Source of the DNA: Kluyvera cryocrescens NBRC 102467
Lineage (GTDB): Bacteria > Pseudomonadota > Gammaproteobacteria > Enterobacterales > Enterobacteriaceae
Assembly (NCBI RefSeq): GCF_001571285.1
Contig: NZ_BCTM01000015.1
Location: forward strand, 94,871-134,870
Direction: 5' to 3'
Length of the DNA: 40,000 nt
The position numbers were made by a program, and so were the translations under genes. This document shows, piece after piece, positions 1 to 9,929 of this stretch. A model generated the notes under the pieces. That model was not told the origin of the DNA. It did not search any database and saw nothing but the letters and a program-made list of their open reading frames with translations. Position 1 is the stretch's first letter; each line of letters starts with the position of its first letter.

Positions 1-279
1 AGGGTGACCTCACATTCTGGTTAATTATTTGTTTGTTTTGTGTATCAATAAAGTTTCAGAATGCATTTTTGATAAGTCAGTAACGAAAAAGAAGGCCATA
101 TTCCGTTCAAAAATTGCACTTTCGAACAGTTTTGCAAAAGTGTGGGCGACATCAACTCTTCGGCCATGGGCAATTGTCGCTGAATTTTTGCACATTGTTT
201 GATCCTGACCAGATAGCCCATGCGCACTCTTCGGGTACAAGTAGGGCATTACGCGGATGTTTTCTTGGTCAGGGTCATT

Positions 280-1056
280 ATGGAAGTCGATCAGTCAGAA
301 CAACGAGTCATTACCCGGCTCTGCATTCAGTGCGGCCTATTCTTATTACAACATGGCGCAGAGAGCGCCCTGGTGGAGGAACTCTCAACCCGGCTTGGGC
401 GTGCGTTGGGGATGGACAGCGTCGAAAGCGCGATCTCATCCAACGCGATCGTTCTGACCACAATCAAAGACGGGTTGTGCCTCACCTCCACGCGCAAAAA
501 TAGCGATCGCGGCATCAACATGCACGTGGTCACCGAAGTACAGCACATCGTCATTATGGCCGAGCACAAATTGCTGGATCATAAAGACGTCGCGAAGCGT
601 TTTTCCCAGATTAAGCCGCTGCGCTATCCGCGATGGCTGGTGGTGCTGATGGTCGGGTTATCCTGTGCTTGTTTCTGTAAGCTCAACAACGGCGGCTGGG
701 ACGGTGCGCTCATCACCCTCTGCGCCAGCACCGTGGCGATGTATATCCGTCAGATCCTCACCCACCGCTCGATGCATCCGCAGATAAACTTCGGCCTGAC
801 CGCCTTCGTGGCAACCACCGTCTCCGGGCTGATGCTACAGCTTCCCGCTTTCCAACAGACATCTACCGTTGCCATGGCGGCAAGCGTGCTGTTGCTGGTC
901 CCCGGCTTCCCGCTGATTAACTCAGTCGCTGACATGTTTAAAGGCCATATCAATACCGGGCTCGCCCGCTGGGCCATCGCCAGCCTGTTGACGCTGGCAA
1001 CCTGTGTTGGGGTCGTGATGGCCATGACGTTATGGGGGCTTCGCGGATGGGTGTAA
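280..1056 (+). CDS. yjjP: YjjP, ThrE-family inner-membrane protein (YjjPB dicarboxylate/succinate exporter subunit)
   Basis: ORF 220..1056 is collinear with E. coli YjjP as I recall it ([25 protein letters not shown]..., [25 protein letters not shown]). I trimmed the start to ATG 280 (MEVDQSEQ) to match the E. coli N-terminus. The stop overlaps the yjjB start. Confidence 0.9.
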   Translation: MEVDQSEQRVITRLCIQCGLFLLQHGAESALVEELSTRLGRALGMDSVESAISSNAIVLTTIKDGLCLTSTRKNSDRGINMHVVTEVQHIVIMAEHKLLDHKDVAKRFSQIKPLRYPRWLVVLMVGLSCACFCKLNNGGWDGALITLCASTVAMYIRQILTHRSMHPQINFGLTAFVATTVSGLMLQLPAFQQTSTVAMAASVLLLVPGFPLINSVADMFKGHINTGLARWAIASLLTLATCVGVVMAMTLWGLRGWV

Positions 1057-1520
1057 TCGATTTTCTGTTACTGCTGGCACAAGACATGGTGCTGTCAGCG
1101 ATCCCTGCCGTCGGTTTTGCGATGGTCTTTAACGTTCCCCAGCGTGCGCTTCCCTGGTGCGCTTTGCTTGGGGCTATCGGCCACGCTTCGCGGTTCACCA
1201 TGATGACGGCCGGTTTCAACATTGAATGGGCCACCTTTCTCGCAGCCATGCTGGTGGGCAGCATCGGCATTCAATGGTCGCGCTGGTATCTGGCGCATCC
1301 CAAAATTTTCACCGTGGCGGCGGTGATCCCAATGTTCCCCGGTATCTCCGCCTATACGGCGATGATTTCGGCGGTAAAAATCAGCCACTTCGGTTATACC
1401 GAAGAGTTGATGATCACCCTGTTGAGCAACTTCCTCAAAGCGTCCTCCATTGTCGGCGCGCTCTCTATCGGCTTGTCAATTCCTGGGCTTTGGCTCTACC
1501 GCAAGCGCCCTCGCGTTTGA
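1047..1520 (+). CDS. yjjB: YjjB, small membrane partner of YjjP
   Basis: ORF 1032..1520. From ATG 1047 it gives 157 aa ([14 protein letters not shown]...[11 protein letters not shown]), matching E. coli YjjB in length and sequence. It overlaps the yjjP stop (1054-1056) by 10 nt. Confidence 0.9.
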   Translation: MGVIDFLLLLAQDMVLSAIPAVGFAMVFNVPQRALPWCALLGAIGHASRFTMMTAGFNIEWATFLAAMLVGSIGIQWSRWYLAHPKIFTVAAVIPMFPGISAYTAMISAVKISHFGYTEELMITLLSNFLKASSIVGALSIGLSIPGLWLYRKRPRV

Positions 1521-1522
1521 CC

Positions 1523-1554
1523 GCAAGGGCGGCACAGGAGAGTGCCGCCCTTGC
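1523..1554 (+). terminator. 13-bp GC-rich stem-loop after yjjB
   Basis: gcaagggcggcac (1523-1535), a 6-nt loop, then gtgccgcccttgc (1542-1554), starting 3 nt after the yjjB stop. There is no clear U-tract, so terminator function is uncertain. Confidence 0.45.
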
Positions 1555-1635
1555 CTAAGCTTGTGCTACTATGTGCAGTATTCGTGCGGATTTCCCGCAC
1601 CCTTCCCGTTGTTTTTTCTGTATTGAGATAGTGTT

Positions 1636-2175
1636 ATGTCTTCGCGAATTTTAACGCCTAATGTGATTGGTATTGACGCATTCATCGCCGATCCCGCGGC
1701 TATTCTTGCGCAAACCCAGGGTGGTGCGCTCGCGGTGTTTGCCAATAATGCCCCCGCGTTCTATGCCATTACGCAAGAACGCCTGGCGCAACTGCTGGCG
1801 CTGGAAGAAAAACTATCCCGTCCAGGCAGCGACGTGGCACTGGATGCGCAGTTCTTTGAAGAACCGACTCCAGCGCCCATCGCCGTGCCAATGGGAAAAT
1901 TTGCCATGTATGCAGGCTGGCAGCCGGATGCAGAATTCCTGCGGCTTTCCGCGCTGTGGGGTATTGCGCTTAGCGAGCCGGTCACCCCGGAAGAGCTGGC
2001 CGCGTTCGTCGCTTACTGGCAAGCGGAAGGAAAAGTATTCCACCACGTTCAGTGGCAGCAAAAACTGGCGCGCAGCGTACAGATGGGCCGGGCAAACGGC
2101 AGCAGCCAGACGCGCCGCGATATTAATACGGTCAGCGAGCCTGACAGCCATATTCCACCGGGTTTCAGAGGTTGA
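1636..2175 (+). CDS. dnaT: Primosomal protein DnaT
   Basis: 179 aa, the same length as E. coli DnaT. Near-identical blocks include [48 protein letters not shown] and the C-terminal PPGFRG. Confidence 0.95.
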   Translation: MSSRILTPNVIGIDAFIADPAAILAQTQGGALAVFANNAPAFYAITQERLAQLLALEEKLSRPGSDVALDAQFFEEPTPAPIAVPMGKFAMYAGWQPDAEFLRLSALWGIALSEPVTPEELAAFVAYWQAEGKVFHHVQWQQKLARSVQMGRANGSSQTRRDINTVSEPDSHIPPGFRG

Positions 2176-2177
2176 GC

Positions 2178-2915
2178 ATGAAAGACGTTGGCGAATTAAT
2201 GAAACGCTTGCAGAAGATGATGCCGGCGCATATCAAACCGGCATTTAAAACCGGCGAAGAGCTGCTAGCCTGGCAAAAAGAGCAGGGAGAGATCCGTGCC
2301 GCGGCGCTGGCGCGGGAGAACCGCGCCATGAAGATGCAGCGTACCTTCAACCGTTCCGGTATTCGTCCACTGCACCAGAACTGCTCGTTTGATAACTACC
2401 GCGTCGAAAACGAAGGCCAGATGAACGCGCTCGCCAAGGCGCGACAGTACGTCGATGAATTCGACGGCAACATCGCCAGCTTTATCTTTTCCGGCAAACC
2501 CGGCACCGGTAAAAATCACCTGGCGGCGGCCATCTGCAATGAACTGCTGCTGCGCGGCAAATCGGTGCTGATCATTACCGTTGCCGATATTATGTCGGCA
2601 ATGAAAGAGACCTTTGGCAACCGGGAAACCAGCGAGGAGCAGCTGATAAGCGATCTGAGCAACGTCGACCTGCTGGTCATTGATGAAATCGGTATGCAAA
2701 CCGAATCACGCTATGAAAAAGTGATCATCAACCAAATCGTCGATCGCCGTTCCTCATCCAAGCGTCCAACCGGTATGTTGACCAACAGCAACCTGGAAGA
2801 AATGAACAAGATGCTGGGTGAGCGCGTAATGGACCGCATGCGCCTCGGCAACAGCCTTTGGGTTATTTTTAACTGGGACAGTTATCGCAGCCGGGTGACG
2901 GGAAAAGAGTATTAA
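2178..2915 (+). CDS. dnaC: Helicase loader DnaC
   Basis: ATG 2178 (MKDVGELMKRLQKMMPAHIKPAFKTGEELLAWQKEQG) gives 245 aa as in E. coli. The Walker A motif is GKPGTGKNH. The start lies 3 nt after the dnaT stop. Confidence 0.95.
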   Translation: MKDVGELMKRLQKMMPAHIKPAFKTGEELLAWQKEQGEIRAAALARENRAMKMQRTFNRSGIRPLHQNCSFDNYRVENEGQMNALAKARQYVDEFDGNIASFIFSGKPGTGKNHLAAAICNELLLRGKSVLIITVADIMSAMKETFGNRETSEEQLISDLSNVDLLVIDEIGMQTESRYEKVIINQIVDRRSSSKRPTGMLTNSNLEEMNKMLGERVMDRMRLGNSLWVIFNWDSYRSRVTGKEY

Positions 2916-2983
2916 GATAAATCCGGTGAATGAGAAGAGTATACTCATCAGGTTAACTTTTACTTGCACACACGAGTCCATCC

Positions 2984-3472
2984 ATGAAATCAGTAAAATC
3001 GATGCTTTGCCGCGTAATCATTGCTAGCGCGTTTGTTTCTACTGCGGCAGGTGCCGTATCGTTACAGGACCTGAGCAGCGCGGCAACACAGCTGAGCGGT
3101 GGTAGCAGCACGCAAAGCGGCGGTTCTTCGCTTTCGTCCTTAACCAGCCTGCTTAACGGCGGCAGCCAATCGCTGAGTTCCAGCACCATGAACAACGCCG
3201 CGGGGATCATGCAGTACTGCGCGAAAGAGAAACTGGCTTCCGTCACCAACGTCGATAACGTGAAAAATCAGGTGCTGGATAAACTGGGCCTGAGCACACC
3301 GGCCGAGCAGAAAAAAGACACCGGCTATATGGACGGTATTGAAGGTCTGCTGAATGCCAAAGATGGTCAGAAGCTGGATCTCGACAGTTTAGGCAATACT
3401 GAACTGGGCAAAAAGGTGAAAACCAAGGCCTGCGATCTGGTTCTGAAACAAGGCGTTAACTTCCTTTCCTGA
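2984..3472 (+). CDS. yjjA: YjjA (DUF2501) secreted protein
   Basis: 162 aa with an N-terminal signal peptide (MKSVKSMLCRVIIASAFVSTAAGA) and a Ser/Gly-rich N-terminal part. It occupies the same position after dnaC as E. coli yjjA. Confidence 0.85.
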   Translation: MKSVKSMLCRVIIASAFVSTAAGAVSLQDLSSAATQLSGGSSTQSGGSSLSSLTSLLNGGSQSLSSSTMNNAAGIMQYCAKEKLASVTNVDNVKNQVLDKLGLSTPAEQKKDTGYMDGIEGLLNAKDGQKLDLDSLGNTELGKKVKTKACDLVLKQGVNFLS

Positions 3473-3478
3473 TGCCAT

Positions 3479-3517
3479 ATTGCGATGAATGAATCCTTTC
3501 ATTTCATTCATCGCAAT
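3479..3517 (+). terminator. Stem-loop after yjjA
   Basis: attgcgatgaatgaa (3479-3493), a 9-nt loop, then ttcattcatcgcaat (3503-3517). This is a 15-bp perfect inverted repeat 7 nt after the stop, with only a weak T-tract. Confidence 0.5.
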
Positions 3518-3670
3518 TATCCTCTAGCGCAAAAAATTGGTTATTTCTAAACCAATTCTGAACAACAACACACTTTCATCACGATAGAATTGCAGACAGA
3601 TGACGACACAATTACATTGTGAAGTTAATTTCTGTTCAGCCAGCACACCTGGCGCGGTTGAGGACGTGTA

Positions 3671-5965
3671 GTGTCAGAGTTGTTATCCCTCGTGCTCTTT
3701 CTGGCTTCTATTGCAATTTATGCATGGAAGGCGGGGCGTAATAAATGGTGGTTTGCTGCCACCCTAGCGGTACTGGGCCTGTTTGTGGTCCTTAATATTA
3801 CGCTGTATGCAAGTGACTATTTCACCGGCGATGGTATCAACGATGCGGTGCTCTACACCCTGACGAATAGCCTGACCGGCGCCGGGGTGGGCAAATACAT
3901 TCTCCCCGGTCTCGGAATTGTTGTGGCGCTGATTGCCGTCTTTGGCGGCCTAGGCTGGCTGCTGCGCCGCCGCCGTCATCATCCCCATCACTTTGGCTAT
4001 AGCCTGCTGGCGCTGATCCTGGCGGTCGGTTCGGTGGACGCCAGCCCGGCGTTTCGCCAGATTAGCGAGCTGGTAAAATCACAATCGCGTGATGGCGATC
4101 CTGACTTCTCGGCCTACTATAAAGAACCGTCGAAGACTATCCCGAATCCCAAACTAAACCTCGTTTATATCTATGGTGAAAGCCTTGAACGCACCTACTT
4201 TGACGAGCAGGCTTTCCCGAATCTGGCCCCTGAACTGGGCGCGCTAAAGAACGAAGGGCTGGATTTTAGTCACACCATGCAGCTACCGGGTACCGACTAC
4301 ACGATTGCCGGAATGGTCGCCTCTCAGTGTGGCATTCCGCTATTCGCGCCGTTTGAAGGCAATGCCTCCGCCTCGCTCTCAAGCTTTTTCCCACAGAATA
4401 TCTGCCTCGGCGATATTCTGAAGAACTCCGGCTACGAAAACTACTTCGTGCAAGGGGCTAACCTGCGCTTTGCCGGCAAAGACGTGTTCCTGAAATCGCA
4501 CGGTTTTGACTACCTGTACGGCGCCGAAGAGTTGAAAACCACCGTCGCCGACCCGTCCTATAAGAATGACTGGGGTTACTACGATGACACCGTGCTGGAT
4601 GAAGCCTGGAAAAAATTTGAGGCCCTCTCCCGCGAAGGCAAACGCTTCTCACTGTTTACCTTAACCGTAGACACTCACCATCCGGACGGTTTTATCTCGC
4701 GAACCTGTCACCGTAAACGCTATGACATCAACGGCAAAGCGAATCAGTCATTTAGCGCCGTGGCCTGTAGCCAGGAAAATATTGCGGAATTTATCAATAA
4801 GATAAAAGCGTCACCGTGGTTCAAAAACACCATTATCGTCGTTTCTTCCGATCACCTGGCGATGAAAAATACCGCATGGGATGAGCTGAACAAACAAGAC
4901 CGCAGCAATCTGTTCTTCGTCTTACGCGGTGACAAACCAGAAGAGCAGGATCTGTTGGCGGTGAAGCGTAACACCATGGATAACGGCGCCACGGTGCTGG
5001 ATATCCTCGGTGGCGACAACTTTATCGGCCTCGGACGCAGCAGCCTGTCCGGGCAGTCGCTTTCCGAAGTGTTCCTCAACATGAAAGAAAAAGTGTTGGC
5101 CTGGAAGCCCGACGTCATCCGTCTGTGGAATTTCCCGAAAGAGATGAAAACCTTCTCTATCGACACCCAGAAAAACATGATTGCCTTCTCCGGTAGCCAT
5201 TTCCGCCTGCCGTTGCTGCTGCGCGTTTCGGATAACCGCGTTGAACCCCTGCCGGAAAGTGAGTATTCCGCACCACTGCGCTACCAGTTGGCCGATTTTG
5301 CTCCGCGCGATAACTTCGTTTGGGTCGACCGCTGCTACAAAATGGCGCAACTGTGGTCGCCTGCGCTGTCGCTTTCCACCAACTGGTGCGTCTCGCAGGG
5401 CCAGCTCGGCGGCGAGCAGAAAGTGCAGCAGGTCGATAAAGCCATGTGGAACGGCAAAACCGAATTTAAAGACACGGTGATCGACATGGTGCGCTACAAG
5501 GGCAACGTCGACTCGCTGAAAATCGTCGATAACGATATTCGCTATAAAGCAGACAGCTTTATTTTCAACGTAGCCGGTGCACCTGAAGAGGTGAAAAGTT
5601 TTAGCGGCATTTCACGTCCGGAGTCCTGGGGACGGTGGTCCAACGCGCAGTTGGGTAAAGAGGTAAAGATTGAGTATCAGCATCCGCTGCCGAAGCGCTT
5701 CGATCTGGTGATCACCGCCAAAGCCTATGGCCCTAACGCTAATAAGCCGATCCCGGTACGCGTGGGTAAAAATGAACAGTTGCTCACGCTGAACAACGAC
5801 GTCACCACCACCACGCTGCACTTCGAGAACCCGGCAGATGCCAATACGCTGGTGATCGTGCCGCCGGATCCGCAGTCAACCAACGATGGTAATATTCTCG
5901 GGCACTCCCCGCGCCAGCTTGGGATTGGCATGGTGGAAATCAAAGTAGTTGCCTCTGAAGGCTAA
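3671..5965 (+). CDS. opgB: Phosphoglycerol transferase I (osmoregulated periplasmic glucan biosynthesis)
   Basis: 764 aa with a GTG start. It is collinear with E. coli OpgB/MdoB (MSELLS..., [54 protein letters not shown]). Confidence 0.95.
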   Translation: MSELLSLVLFLASIAIYAWKAGRNKWWFAATLAVLGLFVVLNITLYASDYFTGDGINDAVLYTLTNSLTGAGVGKYILPGLGIVVALIAVFGGLGWLLRRRRHHPHHFGYSLLALILAVGSVDASPAFRQISELVKSQSRDGDPDFSAYYKEPSKTIPNPKLNLVYIYGESLERTYFDEQAFPNLAPELGALKNEGLDFSHTMQLPGTDYTIAGMVASQCGIPLFAPFEGNASASLSSFFPQNICLGDILKNSGYENYFVQGANLRFAGKDVFLKSHGFDYLYGAEELKTTVADPSYKNDWGYYDDTVLDEAWKKFEALSREGKRFSLFTLTVDTHHPDGFISRTCHRKRYDINGKANQSFSAVACSQENIAEFINKIKASPWFKNTIIVVSSDHLAMKNTAWDELNKQDRSNLFFVLRGDKPEEQDLLAVKRNTMDNGATVLDILGGDNFIGLGRSSLSGQSLSEVFLNMKEKVLAWKPDVIRLWNFPKEMKTFSIDTQKNMIAFSGSHFRLPLLLRVSDNRVEPLPESEYSAPLRYQLADFAPRDNFVWVDRCYKMAQLWSPALSLSTNWCVSQGQLGGEQKVQQVDKAMWNGKTEFKDTVIDMVRYKGNVDSLKIVDNDIRYKADSFIFNVAGAPEEVKSFSGISRPESWGRWSNAQLGKEVKIEYQHPLPKRFDLVITAKAYGPNANKPIPVRVGKNEQLLTLNNDVTTTTLHFENPADANTLVIVPPDPQSTNDGNILGHSPRQLGIGMVEIKVVASEG

Positions 5966-5978
5966 TTCTCCCGATCCC

Positions 5979-6010
5979 GCCCGGTAGCCGTCTCTCTGCC
6001 GGGCTTCTTT
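5979..6010 (+). terminator. Possible opgB terminator
   Basis: gcccgg (5979-5984), a 14-nt loop, ccgggc (5999-6004), then cttcttt. The stem is short and the loop large. Confidence 0.35.
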
Positions 6011-6023
6011 CCAGGCAGGCCCT

Positions 6024-6539
6024 ATGACCTTCTCCGTCCGTCCCACTACCCGCCACGATATCGCCGCGCTTCCTGCCATTGAGCATGCAGCCGGCCAGCG
6101 TTTTACGCAAATACCTGAGTTGGCCTGGCTTGCGGCAGGGCCCGTAATCTCCGTGGGTCAGCACCAGCAGGCCGCATCGGCGGGCATGAGCTGGGTTGTG
6201 CTGGCCGGCGATTGTCCGGTTGGCTTCCTACTGGCTGAAGCACAAGACGCATCGTTATTTATCGTTGAGATATCGCTACATAGGGCCTGGCAGGGGCAAG
6301 GCTTAGGCCGACGACTGATCGATTTTGTAGCCACGGTGGCGAAGGAGAGAGGCTTTACATCGCTAACGTTAACGACGTTTCGGCAGGTATCGTGGAATGC
6401 GCCATGGTACGCGCGGATGGGGTTTGAAATTCTGCCAGAGGCGGCATTAACCGCCGCACTCCGGCAGAAAAGACAGGAAGAAAGCGCGCATGGCCTCGCG
6501 TACGAATCACGCTGCGCCATGCGCCTGATGCTGGATTAA
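6024..6539 (+). CDS. GNAT-family N-acetyltransferase
   Basis: 171 aa with an acetyl-CoA binding-type motif (WQGQGLGRRLIDFV) in a typical GNAT layout. It sits where K-12 has lgoT-lgoR-lgoD. Confidence 0.75.
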   Translation: MTFSVRPTTRHDIAALPAIEHAAGQRFTQIPELAWLAAGPVISVGQHQQAASAGMSWVVLAGDCPVGFLLAEAQDASLFIVEISLHRAWQGQGLGRRLIDFVATVAKERGFTSLTLTTFRQVSWNAPWYARMGFEILPEAALTAALRQKRQEESAHGLAYESRCAMRLMLD

Positions 6540-6565
6540 CGCGCCCGACGGCGAGCGCGCACGTA

Positions 6566-8230
6566 TCAGAAGGTTTCCCAGTTTTCCCCGGTATCGGTGG
6601 CCGCTGCTTTACGCAGCGTTGTCGGCGCAACCGCCGTCGTACTCACGGGCTCACGCGCCGCAGCGGCCTGGCCTTGCTGAATACGAAACACCGCCACCGC
6701 TTGCGTCAGACGGCTCGCCTGCTCTTCCAGCGCAGCGGCAGCCGCTGCCGACTCTTCCACCAGCGAGGCGTTTTGCTGGGTCACGCGGTCCATCTCGGCC
6801 ACCGCCAGCCCAACCTGATCGATACCACGGCTTTGCTCATCGGACGCCGAGGCGATTTCACCCATAATGTCGGTGACGCGGGTTACCGCGTTGACGATTT
6901 CATCCATGGTTTCACCGGCGCTTTCCACCAGCGTAGAGCCGAGATCGACGCGGTTAACCGAGTCTTCAATCAGACTTTTAATTTCGCGAGCGGCCTGGGC
7001 GCTACGCTGTGCCAGGTTACGCACTTCACCCGCCACCACGGCAAAACCACGCCCCTGTTCGCCTGCACGCGCAGCTTCAACCGCGGCGTTCAGCGCCAGA
7101 ATGTTGGTCTGGAAAGCAATGCCATCAATCACGCTGATAATATCGGCGATTTTCTGCGAACTGGCGGTAATATCGCGCATGGTCTGCACCACGTTATCCA
7201 CCACTTTGCCGCCCTTCTGTGCAGTTTCCGACGCGCTCAGCGCCAGATGGCTGGCCTGGCGAGCATTTTCGGCGTTCTGTTTCACCGTTGCCGTCAGCTC
7301 TTCCATGCTGGCTGCGGTCTCTTCCAGAGAAGCTGCCTGCTGTTCGGTACGAGAAGAGAGATCGTTGTTGCCCATCGCAATTTCGCTGGCACCGCTGTAA
7401 ATCGCATCGGCACCCTGACGAACTTCCCCGACCGTGCGCGCCAGTTCACCCTGCATGTGACGCAGAGAATGCGCCAGCTCGCCCATTTCGTTGTGACTCT
7501 CAACATCGATACGCTTCACCAGATCGCCACCGGCAATATGGCGAATGCTTTCGATTAAACGATTCAGTGGTGAGATAAGCGTTTTACGCACACCCAGCCA
7601 CACGAAGACGATCACCGCCAGCACCGCAATCATGACGGCAAACAGGATCCACAGCGCCTGGCTGTAAGAGGCGTTATTATCCTTCACCGCCATATCGTAC
7701 AGGCTGTCGTTTTGCTGCAGATAGTTGACGTAAGCTTTCTCAAACCCGTCCTGGTAGCCCTGGGTTGGCTGATCGAAGAATTCGTTGATCTTGCCCGCGC
7801 CCAACAGTTGGATCAATTCACCCAGCGCACCATGGTAGATATCGTAGTTACGCTGAATTTCCAGCGCCGCCGCTTCACTTTGACGCGGATCGCGCGGCAT
7901 TCCTTGATACTCGGTCCAGCGTTTTTCCGCTTCCGCCAGCGATTTAGTGGCGATCTGCATCAGTTCAGCGACGGTGGCACCGCTACCAATATTATTCTGA
8001 TCCATCATGTAACGGATCCCGGCGCGGTTTAAGGTATTGCGCGTTTGCAGCAGGGCAACCCAGCTCCCGTTCAGCCCGGACTGCTGCTGACGCACGGTTT
8101 GTAGAATGGTGAAGTTCTCTTTGTCATGCTTCAGGGAGTTAAAGAACAGCCCACCTGATGCCAGCTGCAACAGGCCAAACAACACCAAAACCAGCACAAG
8201 GCTGGTGACGATTTTAAGACGGTTTAACAT
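6566..8230 (-). CDS. tsr: Methyl-accepting chemotaxis protein I (serine chemoreceptor)
   Basis: 554 aa, collinear with E. coli Tsr including the periplasmic domain ([32 protein letters not shown]). It has the conserved hairpin tip ([34 protein letters not shown]) and the C-terminal NWETF CheR/CheB tether. Confidence 0.95.
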   Translation of the reverse strand: MLNRLKIVTSLVLVLVLFGLLQLASGGLFFNSLKHDKENFTILQTVRQQQSGLNGSWVALLQTRNTLNRAGIRYMMDQNNIGSGATVAELMQIATKSLAEAEKRWTEYQGMPRDPRQSEAAALEIQRNYDIYHGALGELIQLLGAGKINEFFDQPTQGYQDGFEKAYVNYLQQNDSLYDMAVKDNNASYSQALWILFAVMIAVLAVIVFVWLGVRKTLISPLNRLIESIRHIAGGDLVKRIDVESHNEMGELAHSLRHMQGELARTVGEVRQGADAIYSGASEIAMGNNDLSSRTEQQAASLEETAASMEELTATVKQNAENARQASHLALSASETAQKGGKVVDNVVQTMRDITASSQKIADIISVIDGIAFQTNILALNAAVEAARAGEQGRGFAVVAGEVRNLAQRSAQAAREIKSLIEDSVNRVDLGSTLVESAGETMDEIVNAVTRVTDIMGEIASASDEQSRGIDQVGLAVAEMDRVTQQNASLVEESAAAAAALEEQASRLTQAVAVFRIQQGQAAAAREPVSTTAVAPTTLRKAAATDTGENWETF

Positions 8231-8259
8231 GTTTCTCTTTCCTTTAGACGAATAACAAA

Positions 8260-8286
8260 TTTTCGGCGGGAAAAAGAAAAACTTTA
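8260..8286 (-). promoter_or_regulatory. Sigma-28 (FliA) class 3 flagellar promoter of tsr
   Basis: The minus strand reads TAAAGTTT (8286-8279), then 11 nt, then GCCGAAAA (8267-8260). The consensus is TAAAGTTT-N11-GCCGATAA. The element ends about 30 nt upstream of the tsr ATG. Confidence 0.7.
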
Positions 8287-8405
8287 CAGAAATTATGCCT
8301 ATTAATACGCAGCATTATCGCGATATTACGTTAGCAACGCGCCGACCGGGCTCGACGAAAATCGTCTGCACAGACGGCGCGCTAAGGGGGATAAAGACGA
8401 ACGGT

Positions 8406-9416
8406 TTAGCCGCGCAGCGCGCAGATCTCATCATACAAGCTGCGAGAAAGCGCCAGCCCCTGCTTTTCACTCTGTAAACGTGCCTGATAGCGCCGCTCAC
8501 CCGGCAGTCTCGCCCCCTGTGCCTGCATGCCGGCAAACAGCGTCTCCGCGCGTGCCAGATGCGCCGAGGCTTCCTCACCTAAGAAACGTTGCGGATCGAG
8601 CGCCAGAATGAGCTCGCCGCCGTACGGCAGACCACCGGCACCGTTATCCCAGGCCAGTGATTCTGCGCTGGTCATATCGCCAATCAACGGCCCGGCGAAC
8701 AGTTCCACCATCGCCGCCAGCGCCGAGCCTTTATGCCCACCAAAAGTCAGCATCGCCCCGTCAAGAACGGCCTGCGGATCGGTTGTCGGCTGTCCTTCGC
8801 TATCAATGCCCCAGCCTTCAGGTATGGATTTACCCGCCCGCTGGTGCAGCTGAATTTCACCGCGCGCCGCCGCGCTGGTTGCCATATCAAAGATAAACGG
8901 ATGCCGCTCACCGCGCGGCCAGCCGAAGGCAATAGGGTTAGTACCAAACAACGGCTGAGTGCCGCCCGCCGGCGCAACCCAGGCATGACTTGGCGTACAG
9001 GCATAGCCAACAAGCCCTGCATCGGTCAGCGGTTCAACATCGGCAAACAGCGCAGAGAAGTGCACACAGCGATTTATCGCCAGCGCCGCAATACCGCAGT
9101 GGCGGGCTTTCTCAATCAGCAGCGGTAGCGCCCGCTCGTAGGCGCACAACGAATACGCCCCCTGGGCATCCGCCTTGACGATAGCCGGAGCCTGGTCAAC
9201 GATAATCGGCTCGGCGTCCGGAGATACTTTGCCCTTGCGCAAGGTTTCAACGATCCCCAGCAGACGCCATAGCCCGTGCGAAGCGCAGCCGTCGCGCTCA
9301 CCCGCCGTCACGTTACGCGCAATCGCCTCGGCGTGAGGCTGCGAAAAACCATTAGCGCGCAAAACCCCGAGGGCCAGCTCATAGGCATCATTGAGCGCGA
9401 TGTTTATCGTCGTCAT
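8406..9416 (-). CDS. Ldh_2 (type-2 malate/L-lactate dehydrogenase) family oxidoreductase, DpkA/LhpD-like
   Basis: 336 aa with family-typical blocks (GCASHGLWRL, GTNPIAFGWP, FDMATSAAARGEI, GGHKGSALA). It is not present between tsr and btsT in K-12. Confidence 0.8.
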   Translation of the reverse strand: MTTINIALNDAYELALGVLRANGFSQPHAEAIARNVTAGERDGCASHGLWRLLGIVETLRKGKVSPDAEPIIVDQAPAIVKADAQGAYSLCAYERALPLLIEKARHCGIAALAINRCVHFSALFADVEPLTDAGLVGYACTPSHAWVAPAGGTQPLFGTNPIAFGWPRGERHPFIFDMATSAAARGEIQLHQRAGKSIPEGWGIDSEGQPTTDPQAVLDGAMLTFGGHKGSALAAMVELFAGPLIGDMTSAESLAWDNGAGGLPYGGELILALDPQRFLGEEASAHLARAETLFAGMQAQGARLPGERRYQARLQSEKQGLALSRSLYDEICALRG

Positions 9417-9484
9417 TCTTCTTCTCCATATTGTCGGGCAGGTTTAAAGCATAGAGGTCGGCGCGGGTTACACCGAGTTAACCA

Positions 9485-9500
9485 AGTGATTTACATCACG
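9485..9500. promoter_or_regulatory. CRP-like palindrome
   Basis: aGTGAtttacaTCACg matches the GTGA/TCAC cores of TGTGA-N6-TCACA. It lies about 75 bp upstream of the Ldh_2 gene ATG and about 435 bp upstream of btsT. Confidence 0.3.
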
Positions 9501-9744
9501 TTTATAGTCATTCACGCCAGCGATGTTCTCTCCAGACTCTATCATGCCTTTTATCAACTGTGGATTATTGATGGTATTTCATTCATCGGTATAACCGGGT
9601 TTGCTAAAGCGCAACCCGGCCAAATACGCCAGCATGAACAAGGCGGCCTGGGGTGGATGCGCCCTTTACGTTGCGATAACCGCCTGGGCATGAAAAAACT
9701 TGAGATCTCAATCACATATTTCCTTGTTGCTCAGCGCTTGTCCA

Positions 9745-9793
9745 ACCGCTTACCCCCGCACGTAACCGCTTAGCCTCCACTTTCAACCGCTCA
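9745..9793 (+). promoter_or_regulatory. BtsR (YehT, LytTR) binding motifs upstream of btsT
   Basis: ACCGCTTA (9745-9752), ACCGCTTA (9765-9772) and ACCGCTCA (9786-9793) start 20 and 21 bp apart. They fit the published YehT motif ACC[G/A]CT[C/T]A, a direct repeat with a 13-bp spacer in the yjiY promoter. Confidence 0.6.
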
Positions 9794-9929
9794 CCGACTT
9801 ACCCAACTTTACACAGACCTCAGTCTGGCAAACTTGTCATCAGCATAACGATCGATACCTCCTCAACCTCAAACTCATAACAACGGCAGCTTCGGCTGAA
9901 TATTCATCCTATAAAAGCCAGGTTTTACT

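Noticed and set aside
25-503. Several 60-129 aa ORFs on both strands upstream of and overlapping the yjjP 5' end
   Set aside because: This is the AT-rich promoter region of yjjP. The ORFs have no SD and junk composition. The 220 start of the yjjP ORF is an upstream extension relative to the E. coli N-terminus.
6674-7558. 294-aa ORF on the plus strand (and others) inside tsr
   Set aside because: It is antisense to a near-identical Tsr homologue. Its Arg/His/Gln-rich low-complexity translation is typical of the reverse frame of a GC-rich gene.
9276-9773. 165-aa plus-strand ORF spanning the Ldh_2 5' end and the btsT upstream region
   Set aside because: It overlaps a well-supported gene in antisense and then runs through promoter DNA containing the BtsR motifs. 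It has no SD and no recognisable family.
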